Shown in pieces: positions 49,804 to 58,937 of a stretch of DNA of 64,000 bases (position 1 is its first letter; every line of letters starts with the position of its first letter). The notes beneath the pieces were generated by a model. It saw only the letters and a program-made list of their open reading frames with translations. It searched no databases and was not told the origin of the DNA. This DNA is from Clostridia bacterium (GTDB lineage Bacteria; Bacillota; Clostridia; UMGS1840), in NCBI GenBank assembly GCA_045638525.1, contig JAZUBQ010000012.1, positions 162,094-226,093 on the forward strand. The letters run 5' to 3'. Both the position numbers and the translations under genes were made by a program.

Positions 49804-50046
49804 TTATACACCGGTTGCTTCCTTTGTTTCAAAATCAACAGCAGTCACCTGCCCGTTTTCTTCGGTAATCATTTTGATTTTGGATTCCGCTTCATCTAAA
49901 ATTTTCTGAAGCTCACGGGAAAGTTTGGTTCCTTCGGTGAAGAGTTCCATCGCATCTTCCAATGCAACAGAGCCTTTTTCCAACCCCAACACAATTTCTT
50001 CCAGACGTTTCATTCCGTCTTCAAATGTAATCTTTTTTTCTTCCAT
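49804..50046 (-). CDS. xseB: Exodeoxyribonuclease VII small subunit
   Basis: 80 aa containing FEDGMKRLEEIVLGLEKGSVALEDAMELFTEG, a typical XseB sequence. Confidence 0.9.
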   Translation of the reverse strand: MEEKKITFEDGMKRLEEIVLGLEKGSVALEDAMELFTEGTKLSRELQKILDEAESKIKMITEENGQVTAVDFETKEATGV

Positions 50047-50049
50047 AGT

Positions 50050-51261
50050 TTATTCCTCTCCGGCTTGTTCTGAAGTCTTAACGTCACAAACCTCGCAGTC
50101 CAAAGTACCGTCTGCCAAAGTGACAAATAGCCGATCTCCTGTTTGAACTTCCTTAACAGAAGATACGGGATTTCCGTCTGCATTTTGGGCAACCGAGTAA
50201 CCTCGCTGTAAAATCTTCAACGGACTTAACGCATCAAGTTTGGAAATATTTTTCACAAACTGTTCTTTTCCTGCCTGAAGCTTGCTCCGATAAAGATTCT
50301 CAAGCTTCATTCCGTAAGAATCAATCTGCAAACGTTTGACATTGTATACTGCCATAGGATTTTTCAGCACTTCTCTTTGCGACAGCATTGTGTAGGATTT
50401 GCGGGATTTTTCAAGACTACCAACCAATGCTCCATACAGCCGTCCATCCACCATTTTTAAAAACTTTGTCAAATCCGTCGCAGATGGAACTGCAATTTCA
50501 GCCGCCGCTGACGGAGTGGGAACCCGTCGGTCTGCCACAAAATCGGCAATGGTAAAATCGGTTTCGTGTCCTACTGCAGAAATAACGGGCGTCACCATGG
50601 AAGCAATCTGTCTTGCAACCACTTCTTCGTTAAATGCCCATAAATCTTCAATAGAACCGCCGCCGCGACCGGTAATCACCGTGTCTACCTTACCATCAAA
50701 AAAACGAAGCCCTTTGACAATAGACTGCGCCGCTCCCTCCCCCTGGACCAATGCGGGATACAAATAAACCCGTGTATACGGAAAACGCCGTTTTAACACG
50801 TTTAAAATATCACGAATGGCAGCACCGGTGGGAGACGTGACAATCCCGATGGTTTCGGGATATTTAGGAATTGGCTTCTTTCGTTCAGGAGAAAACAATC
50901 CCTCTGCTTCCAGTTTTGCTTTCAGCTGTTCGTATGCCACATATAAAGCACCGACACCGTCAGGCATCATTTCATCAATATAAATCTGATATTGTCCATC
51001 TCTTTCATACAAAGAAACTTTACCGGTCACAACCACCTGCATCCCGTTTTCGGGACGAAACACAAGTTTTTGTGCACTAAAGCGGAACATCACCGCACGA
51101 ATGACACCGCCATCATCCTTTAAGGACAAATACAAATGCCCGGAAGAATGATGTTTAAAATTGGAGATTTCCCCCTTCACGGTGACTCTTTGAAGCAAAC
51201 TATCCCGCTCGATAAGATTCTTTATGTATAAATTCAATTCTGTAATGGTAAGAACATCCAT
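50050..51261 (-). CDS. xseA: Exodeoxyribonuclease VII large subunit
   Basis: Start taken at the ATG at 51261 (MDVLTITELNLYIKNLIE). It has an OB-fold N-terminus and the motifs RGGGSIEDLWAFNEE and SAVGHETD. Confidence 0.9.
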   Translation of the reverse strand: MDVLTITELNLYIKNLIERDSLLQRVTVKGEISNFKHHSSGHLYLSLKDDGGVIRAVMFRFSAQKLVFRPENGMQVVVTGKVSLYERDGQYQIYIDEMMPDGVGALYVAYEQLKAKLEAEGLFSPERKKPIPKYPETIGIVTSPTGAAIRDILNVLKRRFPYTRVYLYPALVQGEGAAQSIVKGLRFFDGKVDTVITGRGGGSIEDLWAFNEEVVARQIASMVTPVISAVGHETDFTIADFVADRRVPTPSAAAEIAVPSATDLTKFLKMVDGRLYGALVGSLEKSRKSYTMLSQREVLKNPMAVYNVKRLQIDSYGMKLENLYRSKLQAGKEQFVKNISKLDALSPLKILQRGYSVAQNADGNPVSSVKEVQTGDRLFVTLADGTLDCEVCDVKTSEQAGEE

Positions 51262-51274
51262 AGCGAATCCTTTA

Positions 51275-51670
51275 TTATTTTCCTCTGGCAACAGAGCCAA
51301 GCACTCCATTCACAAAGGCCTTTGATTTTTCATCTTCATAGGTTGCTGCAATTTCCATTGCTTCCGAAATGGCAACTCCATCCGGGATATCTTCATCAAA
51401 CATGATTTCGTATACGCCCAGACGCATTACCGCCAAAGAAACTTTAGAAATACGGTCAAAAGTATACCCTTTGACATTTTCTTGAATCAAGCTGTCAATT
51501 TCCGCCAAACGGGAAAAGATTTTTTCCACCTTTTCACCAATCTGACGAAGGTCTTTTCCTTTGATTTCATTATCCGAACAATAATGTTCAAATCCACCCT
51601 CGGGCAAAGCTCCTTCATATCCGGAAAACAACAGTTTAAAAATATGTTCTCTTACTTCTCGTCTTTTCAT
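51275..51670 (-). CDS. nusB: Transcription antitermination factor NusB
   Basis: 131 aa starting MKRREVREHIFKLLF and containing AVMRLGVYEI. Confidence 0.85.
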   Translation of the reverse strand: MKRREVREHIFKLLFSGYEGALPEGGFEHYCSDNEIKGKDLRQIGEKVEKIFSRLAEIDSLIQENVKGYTFDRISKVSLAVMRLGVYEIMFDEDIPDGVAISEAMEIAATYEDEKSKAFVNGVLGSVARGK

Positions 51671-51681
51671 ATCTTTATTCC

Positions 51682-52041
51682 TTATTGGTCAACTTCGGAA
51701 AAGTCAACGCCCACCACAATGACATTAACAGATTTCAGCGGAAAACCAATCATATTTTCCAATGAATCTTTCACTTTAAGTTGAACTTCTCTTGCAACCT
51801 CATCCACCTGATAGCCATATTTTACCACCAGATTCAACGTCACGGTCATTTCATCATTTTTGGTTTCCACAGAAATTCCGCGGCTAAGCATTTTTTTAGA
51901 ATACACGGTGCTGTCGGTATCTTCTGCTAACGAAGCCACACCTTCAATTTCATTAACCGCCATTCCGGAAATCACAGAAATTACTTCTGTGCTGACTTTA
52001 ATTTCGCCTTTCGTGTTGTTGGTTAAGATGTTTTCTTCCAT
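51682..52041 (-). CDS. Asp23/Gls24-family envelope stress protein
   Basis: Start taken at the ATG at 52041 (MEENILTN..). KGEIKVSTEVISVISGMAVNEIEGVA is typical of Asp23-family proteins. Confidence 0.8.
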   Translation of the reverse strand: MEENILTNNTKGEIKVSTEVISVISGMAVNEIEGVASLAEDTDSTVYSKKMLSRGISVETKNDEMTVTLNLVVKYGYQVDEVAREVQLKVKDSLENMIGFPLKSVNVIVVGVDFSEVDQ

Positions 52042-52353
52042 CCTGAGCCCATCCTTTCTATCAATCATTTTTATGTTTTCTAAAAAATCGGATAAAGAAT
52101 CCGAGTCTACTTATATAGTATATCATATCCCTCTGTATAATTCAAACATTTTTTGAATATTTCTTGAATTTTTTTTGATTTTTATGTATTTTTTTCAAAT
52201 TACCGGTTATTTTCAGAAAAAAGAGCCGAAAAAGAATAAATTTTGGTAAGATTTTCTTGGTAAAACGGTTATAATAATTCAAAAATTGTAAAACATAAAA
52301 AGAGAAATTAAAAAATATTCATCACACGATGAATAAAAGAGGCAGGGATTACT

Positions 52354-53865
52354 ATGGACGCAAACGGCACGATTTTAACAATGGAACATATCACCAAAGA
52401 ATTTACAGGTGTGAAAGCACTCAAGGACGCCAATTTAGATTTATATGCCGGCGAGGTACACGCATTGGTCGGTGAAAACGGTGCAGGCAAATCAACACTG
52501 ATGAAAATTCTCACGGGAATCCATCAAAAAGACAGCGGAACCATCACCTATATGGGAAAAGAGCTGATTTTAAAGAATCCAAAAGAAGCACAGGAAGCTG
52601 GCATCATTATTGTACATCAGGAACTCAATATGATGAACCATTTAAGCGTTTCAGAAAACATTTTCATTGGAAGAGAAGAAAAAAAGTTTGGCTTCTGGCT
52701 GGATGACAAAGCACTGAATTTAAAGTCTGACAAACTGTTTCAAAAGCTTGGCATCTCCATCAACCCCAAAGAAATGATAGGCAATCTTACAGTCGGAAAA
52801 CAGCAGATGGTCGAAATTGCAAAAGCAATTTCCTATCACGCCAAAATCATTATTTTTGATGAACCCACAGCAGCCCTCACAGAAGCAGAAATCAATGAAT
52901 TGTTCCGAATGATTGAAGAACTCAAGAAAAACGGAGTGGGAATGATTTACATTTCTCACCGTATGAATGAAATTGAAAAAATCACCGACCGGGTGACTGT
53001 AATGCGAGATGGAGAATACGTCGGAACGGTTAACACCCGAGATACCAACAAAGATGAAATCATCAATATGATGGTGGGTCGTGTCATTTACGAAACACCA
53101 AAGACCAAAAGCACCGTAAAAGAAGATGCACCTGTGGTTTTAAAAGCAGAAAACATCACCATGCTCCCCTCGGTCAAAAACGCCGGTTTTTCTTTAAAAA
53201 AAGGAGAAATTCTTGGTTTTGCAGGGTTAATGGGAGCAGGAAGAACCGAACTTGCCAGAGCCATCTTCGGAGCCGATAAAATGGATAGCGGAACTGTGTT
53301 TATTCACGGAAAACGGGTGGAAATCAATTCTCCGATAGATGCTGTAAAAAACGGAATCGGATATCTTTCAGAAGACCGAAAACGATACGGCGTGGCCGTT
53401 GATTTAAGCGTTTCGGAAAACTCGGTGATGACCGCTTTATCCAAATTTTCGGATTTTGGATTTGTGGACGCCAACTCTGTCAACAAAAGTGCCAAAGAAT
53501 ACTGTGAAAAGCTAAAAACAAAAACACCGACTGTGCATCAATTAGTCCGAAATCTGTCCGGTGGAAATCAGCAGAAAGTAGTGATTGCCAAATGGTTGAT
53601 TCAAAATTCAGATATTTTGATTTTCGATGAACCAACCCGTGGGATTGACGTAGGCGCCAAAAGTGAAATTTACACACTGATGAACGAATTGGCGCAAATG
53701 GGAAAATCGATTATTATGATTTCCTCAGAATTAACTGAAATCCTGCGATTGAGCGACAGAATCATCGTAATGTGCGAAGGAAGAATCACCGGTGAGTTAG
53801 ATATCGGGGATGCCAACCAGGAAGAAATTATGCGTCTGGCAACCATGCGAGAACACACCGGCTGA
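52354..53865 (+). CDS. Sugar ABC transporter ATP-binding protein (RbsA/MglA-like, duplicated ATPase)
   Basis: 503 aa with two nucleotide-binding domains (GENGAGKST / LTVGKQQMVEIA / IIFDEPTAAL and GLMGAGRTE / LSGGNQQKVVIA / LIFDEPTRGID). Confidence 0.85.
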   Translation: MDANGTILTMEHITKEFTGVKALKDANLDLYAGEVHALVGENGAGKSTLMKILTGIHQKDSGTITYMGKELILKNPKEAQEAGIIIVHQELNMMNHLSVSENIFIGREEKKFGFWLDDKALNLKSDKLFQKLGISINPKEMIGNLTVGKQQMVEIAKAISYHAKIIIFDEPTAALTEAEINELFRMIEELKKNGVGMIYISHRMNEIEKITDRVTVMRDGEYVGTVNTRDTNKDEIINMMVGRVIYETPKTKSTVKEDAPVVLKAENITMLPSVKNAGFSLKKGEILGFAGLMGAGRTELARAIFGADKMDSGTVFIHGKRVEINSPIDAVKNGIGYLSEDRKRYGVAVDLSVSENSVMTALSKFSDFGFVDANSVNKSAKEYCEKLKTKTPTVHQLVRNLSGGNQQKVVIAKWLIQNSDILIFDEPTRGIDVGAKSEIYTLMNELAQMGKSIIMISSELTEILRLSDRIIVMCEGRITGELDIGDANQEEIMRLATMREHTG

Positions 53866-53915
53866 GTTCCCCAAAACAAGCAAAGGATAAACAAGAAAAC
53901 GAAAGGAGTTCTTTT

Positions 53916-54902
53916 ATGAACGACATGATAGAAAACATCAAAACAAAGGGGATGCAAAAATTCATCGCACTGGGCGCCCTGATTGTACTCTATACCGCAT
54001 TTTCGGTATTCGGCAATAACTTCTTTACCGTAGATACTTTGGTCAGCATTTTTGACGCTTCCTATTATATTGGATTTTTAGCAATCGGCGTCACTTTCGT
54101 CATTATTACCGGTGGTATTGACCTTTCCATCGGTACGGTAATGATGTGTTCTGCCATTGTAGGTGGTACGCTGTACAACAACGTTGGTGTCCCTTTATGG
54201 TTATGTCTATTGATTATCATCCTGGTGGGGGGAATTTTCGGACTGTTAAACGGAATTATGGTTTCCCGACTAAAACTTCCTCCGTTCATTGCCACTTTAG
54301 GTACCATGATGGTAGCCTCCGGGATTGGTTCCATTGTGTCAAATGTACAATCAACCACCTTCCCCATGCGTTCTGTCGCCGATGGTTGGTACAAGAATAT
54401 TTTCCGAACTGCAGACAACTTCCCCACAGGAATTTTTGTTCTGATACTCTTCACCTTACTTGCGGTAATCATTTTAAATAAAACCATCATAGGTCGCTAT
54501 ACCTATGCCATCGGCAGTAACAAAGAAGCTGCCCGACTGTCCGGTGTGGATGTTCAAAAATGGGAAACTGTAGTCTATGTGATTTCCGGACTGTTCGCAG
54601 GACTTGCCGGAATTGCATATGCTGCAACCTATACCACAATCTTACCCGGTGCCGGTCAGGGATTCGAATTACAAGCCATTGCCGGAGTAGTTGTCGGTGG
54701 GACCTCCCTTTCCGGTGGAGTCGGCTCCATCGTCGGAACCTTCATCGGGGTATTTATTATGAGTATTTTAAAAATCGGTCTCCCTTATATCAATCTGCAA
54801 CCCCACTATCAGACGCTCATTACAGGGATTGTTGTAATTGGTGCGGTACTTTTGGATATTTACCGCAGTAAAAAAGAAAAAACTTTGAAGAAAAAAGCAT
54901 AA
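53916..54902 (+). CDS. Sugar ABC transporter permease (RbsC-like)
   Basis: 328-aa polytopic protein with VIITGGIDLSIG and GSNKEAARLSGV motifs. Confidence 0.85.
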   Translation: MNDMIENIKTKGMQKFIALGALIVLYTAFSVFGNNFFTVDTLVSIFDASYYIGFLAIGVTFVIITGGIDLSIGTVMMCSAIVGGTLYNNVGVPLWLCLLIIILVGGIFGLLNGIMVSRLKLPPFIATLGTMMVASGIGSIVSNVQSTTFPMRSVADGWYKNIFRTADNFPTGIFVLILFTLLAVIILNKTIIGRYTYAIGSNKEAARLSGVDVQKWETVVYVISGLFAGLAGIAYAATYTTILPGAGQGFELQAIAGVVVGGTSLSGGVGSIVGTFIGVFIMSILKIGLPYINLQPHYQTLITGIVVIGAVLLDIYRSKKEKTLKKKA

Positions 54903-54918
54903 GAAAGGAATCAAGCAT

Positions 54919-55968
54919 ATGAACAGAAAAAAACTTTTGTGCTGTATGATTGCAATGATTACAGCACTCACAACCTTCAGCGGTTGCGGTATGGGCAACT
55001 CGTCTGAAAAAACGGTAGAAATCATCGCCAAAGGCTTTCAGCACGACTTCTGGAAGGCAGTAAAAAAAGGTGCCGATCAGGCAGGGAAAGACTTAGGCGT
55101 CAAAATCAATTTTGTAGGTCCTGAAGGAGAAGGTGCCATTGCTGCTCAGGTGGAAATGATTAACAACGCCATCAATAAAAAACCTGACGCTATCTGTATT
55201 GCCGCATTGGATACCACCGCATCGTTGGATGCTGTCAACAAAGCAAAAGCCAACAATATTCCCGTTATCGGGTTTGACTCAGGGGTACCGGGTGCTCCCG
55301 AAGGCACCATTTTTGCTAATGCCTCCACCGATAACTACAAAGCAGGAGAACTTGCAGCACAAAAAATGTATGAAGCAATTTCTAAAAAACTTGCAACCGG
55401 GAATCCCCGAATCGGAGTGGTTTCTCAGGAAGCAAACTCTCAATCTATCAGCATGAGAACCCAAGGATTTTTGGATAAAATGGAGAGTTTAATCAAATCC
55501 GGCGGTCGTTCGGTTGCTATTATCGGACACACCAAGTTTGCAAACGGAAACAAACAAGGGGATGTTATCATCGACATCGCAATCCCGCCGGAAATCAATG
55601 ATACCCAGGCACAAACCTCTGCTCAAACTTTGCTGAACAAAGATGACTTAATTGCCATTTACGGTTCCAACGAATTTGCCGCAAAAGCTATTATTAACGC
55701 CGATGCTGCTATCTCAGGAGGAAGAATCGGAAACGACAAAGTAGTGGCGGTGGGATTCGACTCGGGTGCATTACAAATCGATGCCATCCGTAACCGTAAA
55801 TTTTTAGGTTCTGTCACACAGGACCCTGTCTCCATCGGTTACCGTGCGGTGGAACTGGCAGTCAAAGCCATCAACGGAGAATCTGCCGAAGATGTAGACA
55901 CCGGCTCCCAATGGTATACCGCTGACAACATTGACTCCGATGCGATTAAACCTTTATTATATCAATAG
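54919..55968 (+). CDS. Sugar ABC transporter substrate-binding lipoprotein (RbsB-like periplasmic-binding fold)
   Basis: 349 aa with a signal peptide and lipobox (TTFSGCG). Type I PBP features include DFWKAVKKGA and VIGFDSG. Confidence 0.8.
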   Translation: MNRKKLLCCMIAMITALTTFSGCGMGNSSEKTVEIIAKGFQHDFWKAVKKGADQAGKDLGVKINFVGPEGEGAIAAQVEMINNAINKKPDAICIAALDTTASLDAVNKAKANNIPVIGFDSGVPGAPEGTIFANASTDNYKAGELAAQKMYEAISKKLATGNPRIGVVSQEANSQSISMRTQGFLDKMESLIKSGGRSVAIIGHTKFANGNKQGDVIIDIAIPPEINDTQAQTSAQTLLNKDDLIAIYGSNEFAAKAIINADAAISGGRIGNDKVVAVGFDSGALQIDAIRNRKFLGSVTQDPVSIGYRAVELAVKAINGESAEDVDTGSQWYTADNIDSDAIKPLLYQ

Positions 55969-55970
55969 CA

Positions 55971-56013
55971 AAGAAAGCTGTGACCACAAAAATAATGGTC
56001 ACAGCTTTCTTTT
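55971..56013. terminator. Bidirectional rho-independent terminator
   Basis: AAGAAAGCTGTGACCA (55971-55986) pairs perfectly over 16 bp with TGGTCACAGCTTTCTT (55996-56011). It lies between convergent genes and T residues follow. Confidence 0.8.
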
Positions 56014-56040
56014 GATTCCAACAATTGAATGAATAATTTC

Positions 56041-56262
56041 TTACCATTCTTTTGCTCTCATCTTACATTCTTCGCAATAATTAAAATACGCTTCAAATTC
56101 TTCAGGTTTTGTGTCTCTCTGTCTCTGAATCGCCAACTCCTCATCTAAGGAATAGCGTTCCCTTATGAGTGACACAACCCGTTCTTCATAAGAACTCTCC
56201 ACATATGGTAACTCAGCAAAATCAGTTCCCTCTGTATAGGTTTTGTTTTTTAAAATCAACAT
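56041..56262 (-). CDS. Small phage-associated protein of the kind usually found next to tail-fibre genes; function unknown
   Basis: 73 aa, 1 nt downstream of the tail-fibre-like gene. The C-terminal segment YSLDEELAIQRQRDTKPEEFEAYFNYCEECKMRAKE resembles small proteins that follow fibre genes in Firmicute prophages. This is recalled from memory and was not searched. Confidence 0.45.
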   Translation of the reverse strand: MLILKNKTYTEGTDFAELPYVESSYEERVVSLIRERYSLDEELAIQRQRDTKPEEFEAYFNYCEECKMRAKEW

Positions 56263-56263
56263 C

Positions 56264-57508
56264 CTACTTCACCTCCGTGATTTTGATGATGGTTCCGTTT
56301 CGAAAAACACCCTTGTTGACACCATTCATACGGAATATCACACTGACAACCTTGGTATTCTTTGAAATTTCATTTCCGTAACCAAACACCTGATAAACTT
56401 TTGCTTTATTGGTGAGATATCTCACCACGCAGGAGCGTTCTGAAGAAAAATAGCCATTTCCGTCACGTCTTAAAGTAGAGTTGTCGTAAATACGGTTATC
56501 ACCATATTGTGTCTCTGAAATGGGTGCATACGTCACAATATCCTTGGTAGAATCACTCTGAAACGCACCGGTACCGTTGGTAGAGTGATAAGATTTCACA
56601 TTTTTGTCGGTTTTATATACGCAATAATAATAGGCATTGGTATCCTGCGGAATAATTTCGCCGTGAACCGTAACAGAAAGCATCCCCGTATCTCCAAAGA
56701 GGCTCCAGTCATTAGTATCATAGGTAATTGACACAACCCCTGCATCACGCATTCCGAAATTAACTCCGATGGAAGTGAATTCCACGGGATAATTTTCGGT
56801 CAAGGTTGTAAAGCCTGTGTCCAGATTCGCAAGCGTAAACACGGTAGAATACAAATTGGCATCATCTGCATAAGAATCCTTCAGCATAAACTGTCCGTCA
56901 GGAAGAGAAGCACCATTTGCATCCTTTAACGTAACATAACAGCAATCTCCCTGATAACAAGCAGGGTCTAACACACCTTCGTATGTGGGTTTATTGGTCC
57001 ATTGCGGAGTATTTACCGTATCCTCATATAAAACTACTTCTTCTGTTTTCTGCGTGATTTTGGCATTGACTTCCTCTTTAAAAGAAACAAATTCCGTTAC
57101 ATTCTGTTTTTGAGAAAGCAAGGCTGAAATTTCATCTTTCGTGTGGGCATCCAAAATGCCGTATCCACTCAGACTTTCCGCCTTTTCCGCCTTTTGATCA
57201 ATTTTTTCTTCCAGCTCCTCTTTGAAATCTTCCACCAGCTTTCCGGAAGCAACATCGGACATTTTTTCTTGTAAATCCGGTTTTAGTTTTTTCAAAGAAA
57301 CTGACTCGTCCTGCAGATTTTTTTCTGAAATTCCACCCTTGTCGTTCCCGTTTAAAAGGTCTGCCTCAGGGTCAAACATTGCATGAATGTTGTCAATATC
57401 CTCCGCAATGGCACGAGGGCCGTACAAACCGGTTGCCACCTTGGATTCATCTGCAATAAATCGCCTTACCGGCAGATGTTTTTCCGAAGAAAAAGAATCG
57501 GTTCTCAT
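56264..57508 (-). CDS. Phage tail-fibre / receptor-binding-like protein
   Basis: 414 aa with a charged coiled-coil region. It contains SLSGYGILDAHTKDEISALL (nt 57116-57175), which resembles the GYGITDAYTK motif of phage fibre proteins, and a beta-rich C-terminal domain. No other phage genes are nearby. Confidence 0.55.
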   Translation of the reverse strand: MRTDSFSSEKHLPVRRFIADESKVATGLYGPRAIAEDIDNIHAMFDPEADLLNGNDKGGISEKNLQDESVSLKKLKPDLQEKMSDVASGKLVEDFKEELEEKIDQKAEKAESLSGYGILDAHTKDEISALLSQKQNVTEFVSFKEEVNAKITQKTEEVVLYEDTVNTPQWTNKPTYEGVLDPACYQGDCCYVTLKDANGASLPDGQFMLKDSYADDANLYSTVFTLANLDTGFTTLTENYPVEFTSIGVNFGMRDAGVVSITYDTNDWSLFGDTGMLSVTVHGEIIPQDTNAYYYCVYKTDKNVKSYHSTNGTGAFQSDSTKDIVTYAPISETQYGDNRIYDNSTLRRDGNGYFSSERSCVVRYLTNKAKVYQVFGYGNEISKNTKVVSVIFRMNGVNKGVFRNGTIIKITEVK

Positions 57509-57564
57509 AGTTTTCTCCTTTGTCGATTTTTCATCTCTTTTTACAACAATCTCGTTACCTCTTT

Positions 57565-57592
57565 ATTGTAAAGTATTTATAATAAAAGTCAA
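57565..57592 (-). promoter_or_regulatory. Near-consensus sigma-A promoter for the tail-fibre-like gene
   Basis: Minus strand reads TTGACT (57592-57587), a 16-nt spacer, then TACAAT (57570-57565). It lies just downstream of the terminator of the preceding transporter gene. Confidence 0.5.
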
Positions 57593-57630
57593 GAAAACAG
57601 CCGGATTCTGCATAAAATCCGACTGTTTTT
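57590..57630 (-). terminator. Rho-independent terminator of the DMT-type transporter gene
   Basis: AACAGCCGGAT (57596-57606) pairs with ATCCGACTGTT (57617-57627) as an 11-bp stem with one mismatch. A/T runs flank both sides. Confidence 0.6.
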
Positions 57631-57650
57631 GAAACAGATTTAAAAAAACA

Positions 57651-58097
57651 CTACGGCGCCTTATTCCACTGAAACAATATGACACCGCCAATCATCAGAA
57701 GAAGCCCTACATATTTATTCCATAAAAATGGAACCTGTTCACTTTCAAACCATCCGAAGGCATCAATCAAAGCCGCCACCAAAAGCTGTGACACCAATAT
57801 CACCGAAATGGCATAGGTTGGACTTAATCCTTTGATGGACAGCATCACCGTCACAGTAATTACCATTCCCAACAGTCCACCCAACCAGTAAAGTTTTGGT
57901 GTATTCACAAGTTCTTTGAAATTCCCCTTCCCGAAGATCCACATCACCACAAGTCCAATGAGAAAAGCAGTTCCCTGCACAAAAACATTGGATTCAAAAA
58001 GTCCGATTTTGGAAGAAAGACGGGTATTTAACACCCCTTGCACACTCATTGCCGCTCCGGCTATCACACTCATCAAAAGACCTAACATTTTCGTCAC
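57651..58097 (-). CDS. Small DMT-superfamily membrane protein (YdcZ/DUF606-like)
   Basis: 148 aa with 4-5 TM helices. The N-terminus is LLMSVIAGAAMSVQGVLNTRLS. Confidence 0.6.
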   Translation of the reverse strand: MTKMLGLLMSVIAGAAMSVQGVLNTRLSSKIGLFESNVFVQGTAFLIGLVVMWIFGKGNFKELVNTPKLYWLGGLLGMVITVTVMLSIKGLSPTYAISVILVSQLLVAALIDAFGWFESEQVPFLWNKYVGLLLMIGGVILFQWNKAP

Positions 58098-58153
58098 CTC
58101 ACAATTTGATTATTGCCGGATTTTTCAGTGTAATACATAATAAAAAACACAAA

Positions 58154-58187
58154 AAAGCTGTGACAAGCAAAAACTTATCACAGCTTT
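58154..58187 (-). terminator. Rho-independent terminator of the pflBA operon
   Basis: AAAGCTGTGACAAG (58154-58167) pairs with CTTATCACAGCTTT (58174-58187) as a 14-bp stem with one mismatch. On the minus strand TTTTTTGTGTTTTTT follows. Confidence 0.75.
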
Positions 58188-58191
58188 CTTC

Positions 58192-58899
58192 TTATTCTTT
58201 AATACCGAAAATCTGTTTTGCCAATGCCATTTCCTCACCGGTAGGCTGTCTGACATCCCCCAAATGGTATTCGTAGCCAAGCTCTTCCCATTTGTATTCT
58301 CCCATTTTGTGGAAGGGCAACAGTTCAATTCTCTCGATACATTTATAGTTTTTCAGATACTCTGCCAATTGTTCCATCCGTTCTTTCACCAGGGTATACC
58401 CCGGCACCAGCACATGACGAATCCAAACCGGTTTCCCAATGGATTCACAAAAATCAAGGGTATCCAGAACCGTTTGCATATCGCCGCCGATATAAGATGG
58501 GAACAGCTCTTTATCCAGCGTTTTCATATCCAGAAGAAGCATGTCCGCTTCTCTGATAATTTCTTCGGAAACTACTAACGATACAGAGCCTGCTGTATCA
58601 ATGGCGGTATGGAGTCCGTTTGCCTTACATTTTTGAATCAATGAAAGCAAAAACTTTGGCTGTAAAAGCGGTTCGCCACCCGAAAAGGTAACGCCGCCTT
58701 TTTTGATAAAGTTTTTGTAATCCAGAATATCGGCAATGAGTTCATCGTCTGAAACGATTTCCCCTTCACAAATCTTCCAAGAATCCGGATTGTGGCAATA
58801 CAGACAGCGAAGCTTACATCCCTGAAAAAACACCACATAGCGAACCCCCGGTCCGTCCACGGCACCAAAGGTTTCTACGGAATGAATCCAACCTTCCAT
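58192..58899 (-). CDS. pflA: Pyruvate formate-lyase activating enzyme (radical SAM)
   Basis: 235 aa with the CKLRCLYCHN radical-SAM cluster motif and a GGVTFSGGEP motif. It lies downstream of pflB. Confidence 0.9.
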   Translation of the reverse strand: MEGWIHSVETFGAVDGPGVRYVVFFQGCKLRCLYCHNPDSWKICEGEIVSDDELIADILDYKNFIKKGGVTFSGGEPLLQPKFLLSLIQKCKANGLHTAIDTAGSVSLVVSEEIIREADMLLLDMKTLDKELFPSYIGGDMQTVLDTLDFCESIGKPVWIRHVLVPGYTLVKERMEQLAEYLKNYKCIERIELLPFHKMGEYKWEELGYEYHLGDVRQPTGEEMALAKQIFGIKE

Positions 58900-58937
58900 A
58901 TCTTTTCTATCCCCTTTTTGTAAAACGAACCTACAAA

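Noticed and set aside
56041-58100. Calling the region a prophage or other mobile element
   Set aside because: Only two phage-like genes are present. There is no integrase, terminase or structural module, and no att-like tRNA target. The evidence supports at most a remnant or a domesticated gene pair, so no mobile_element feature is reported.
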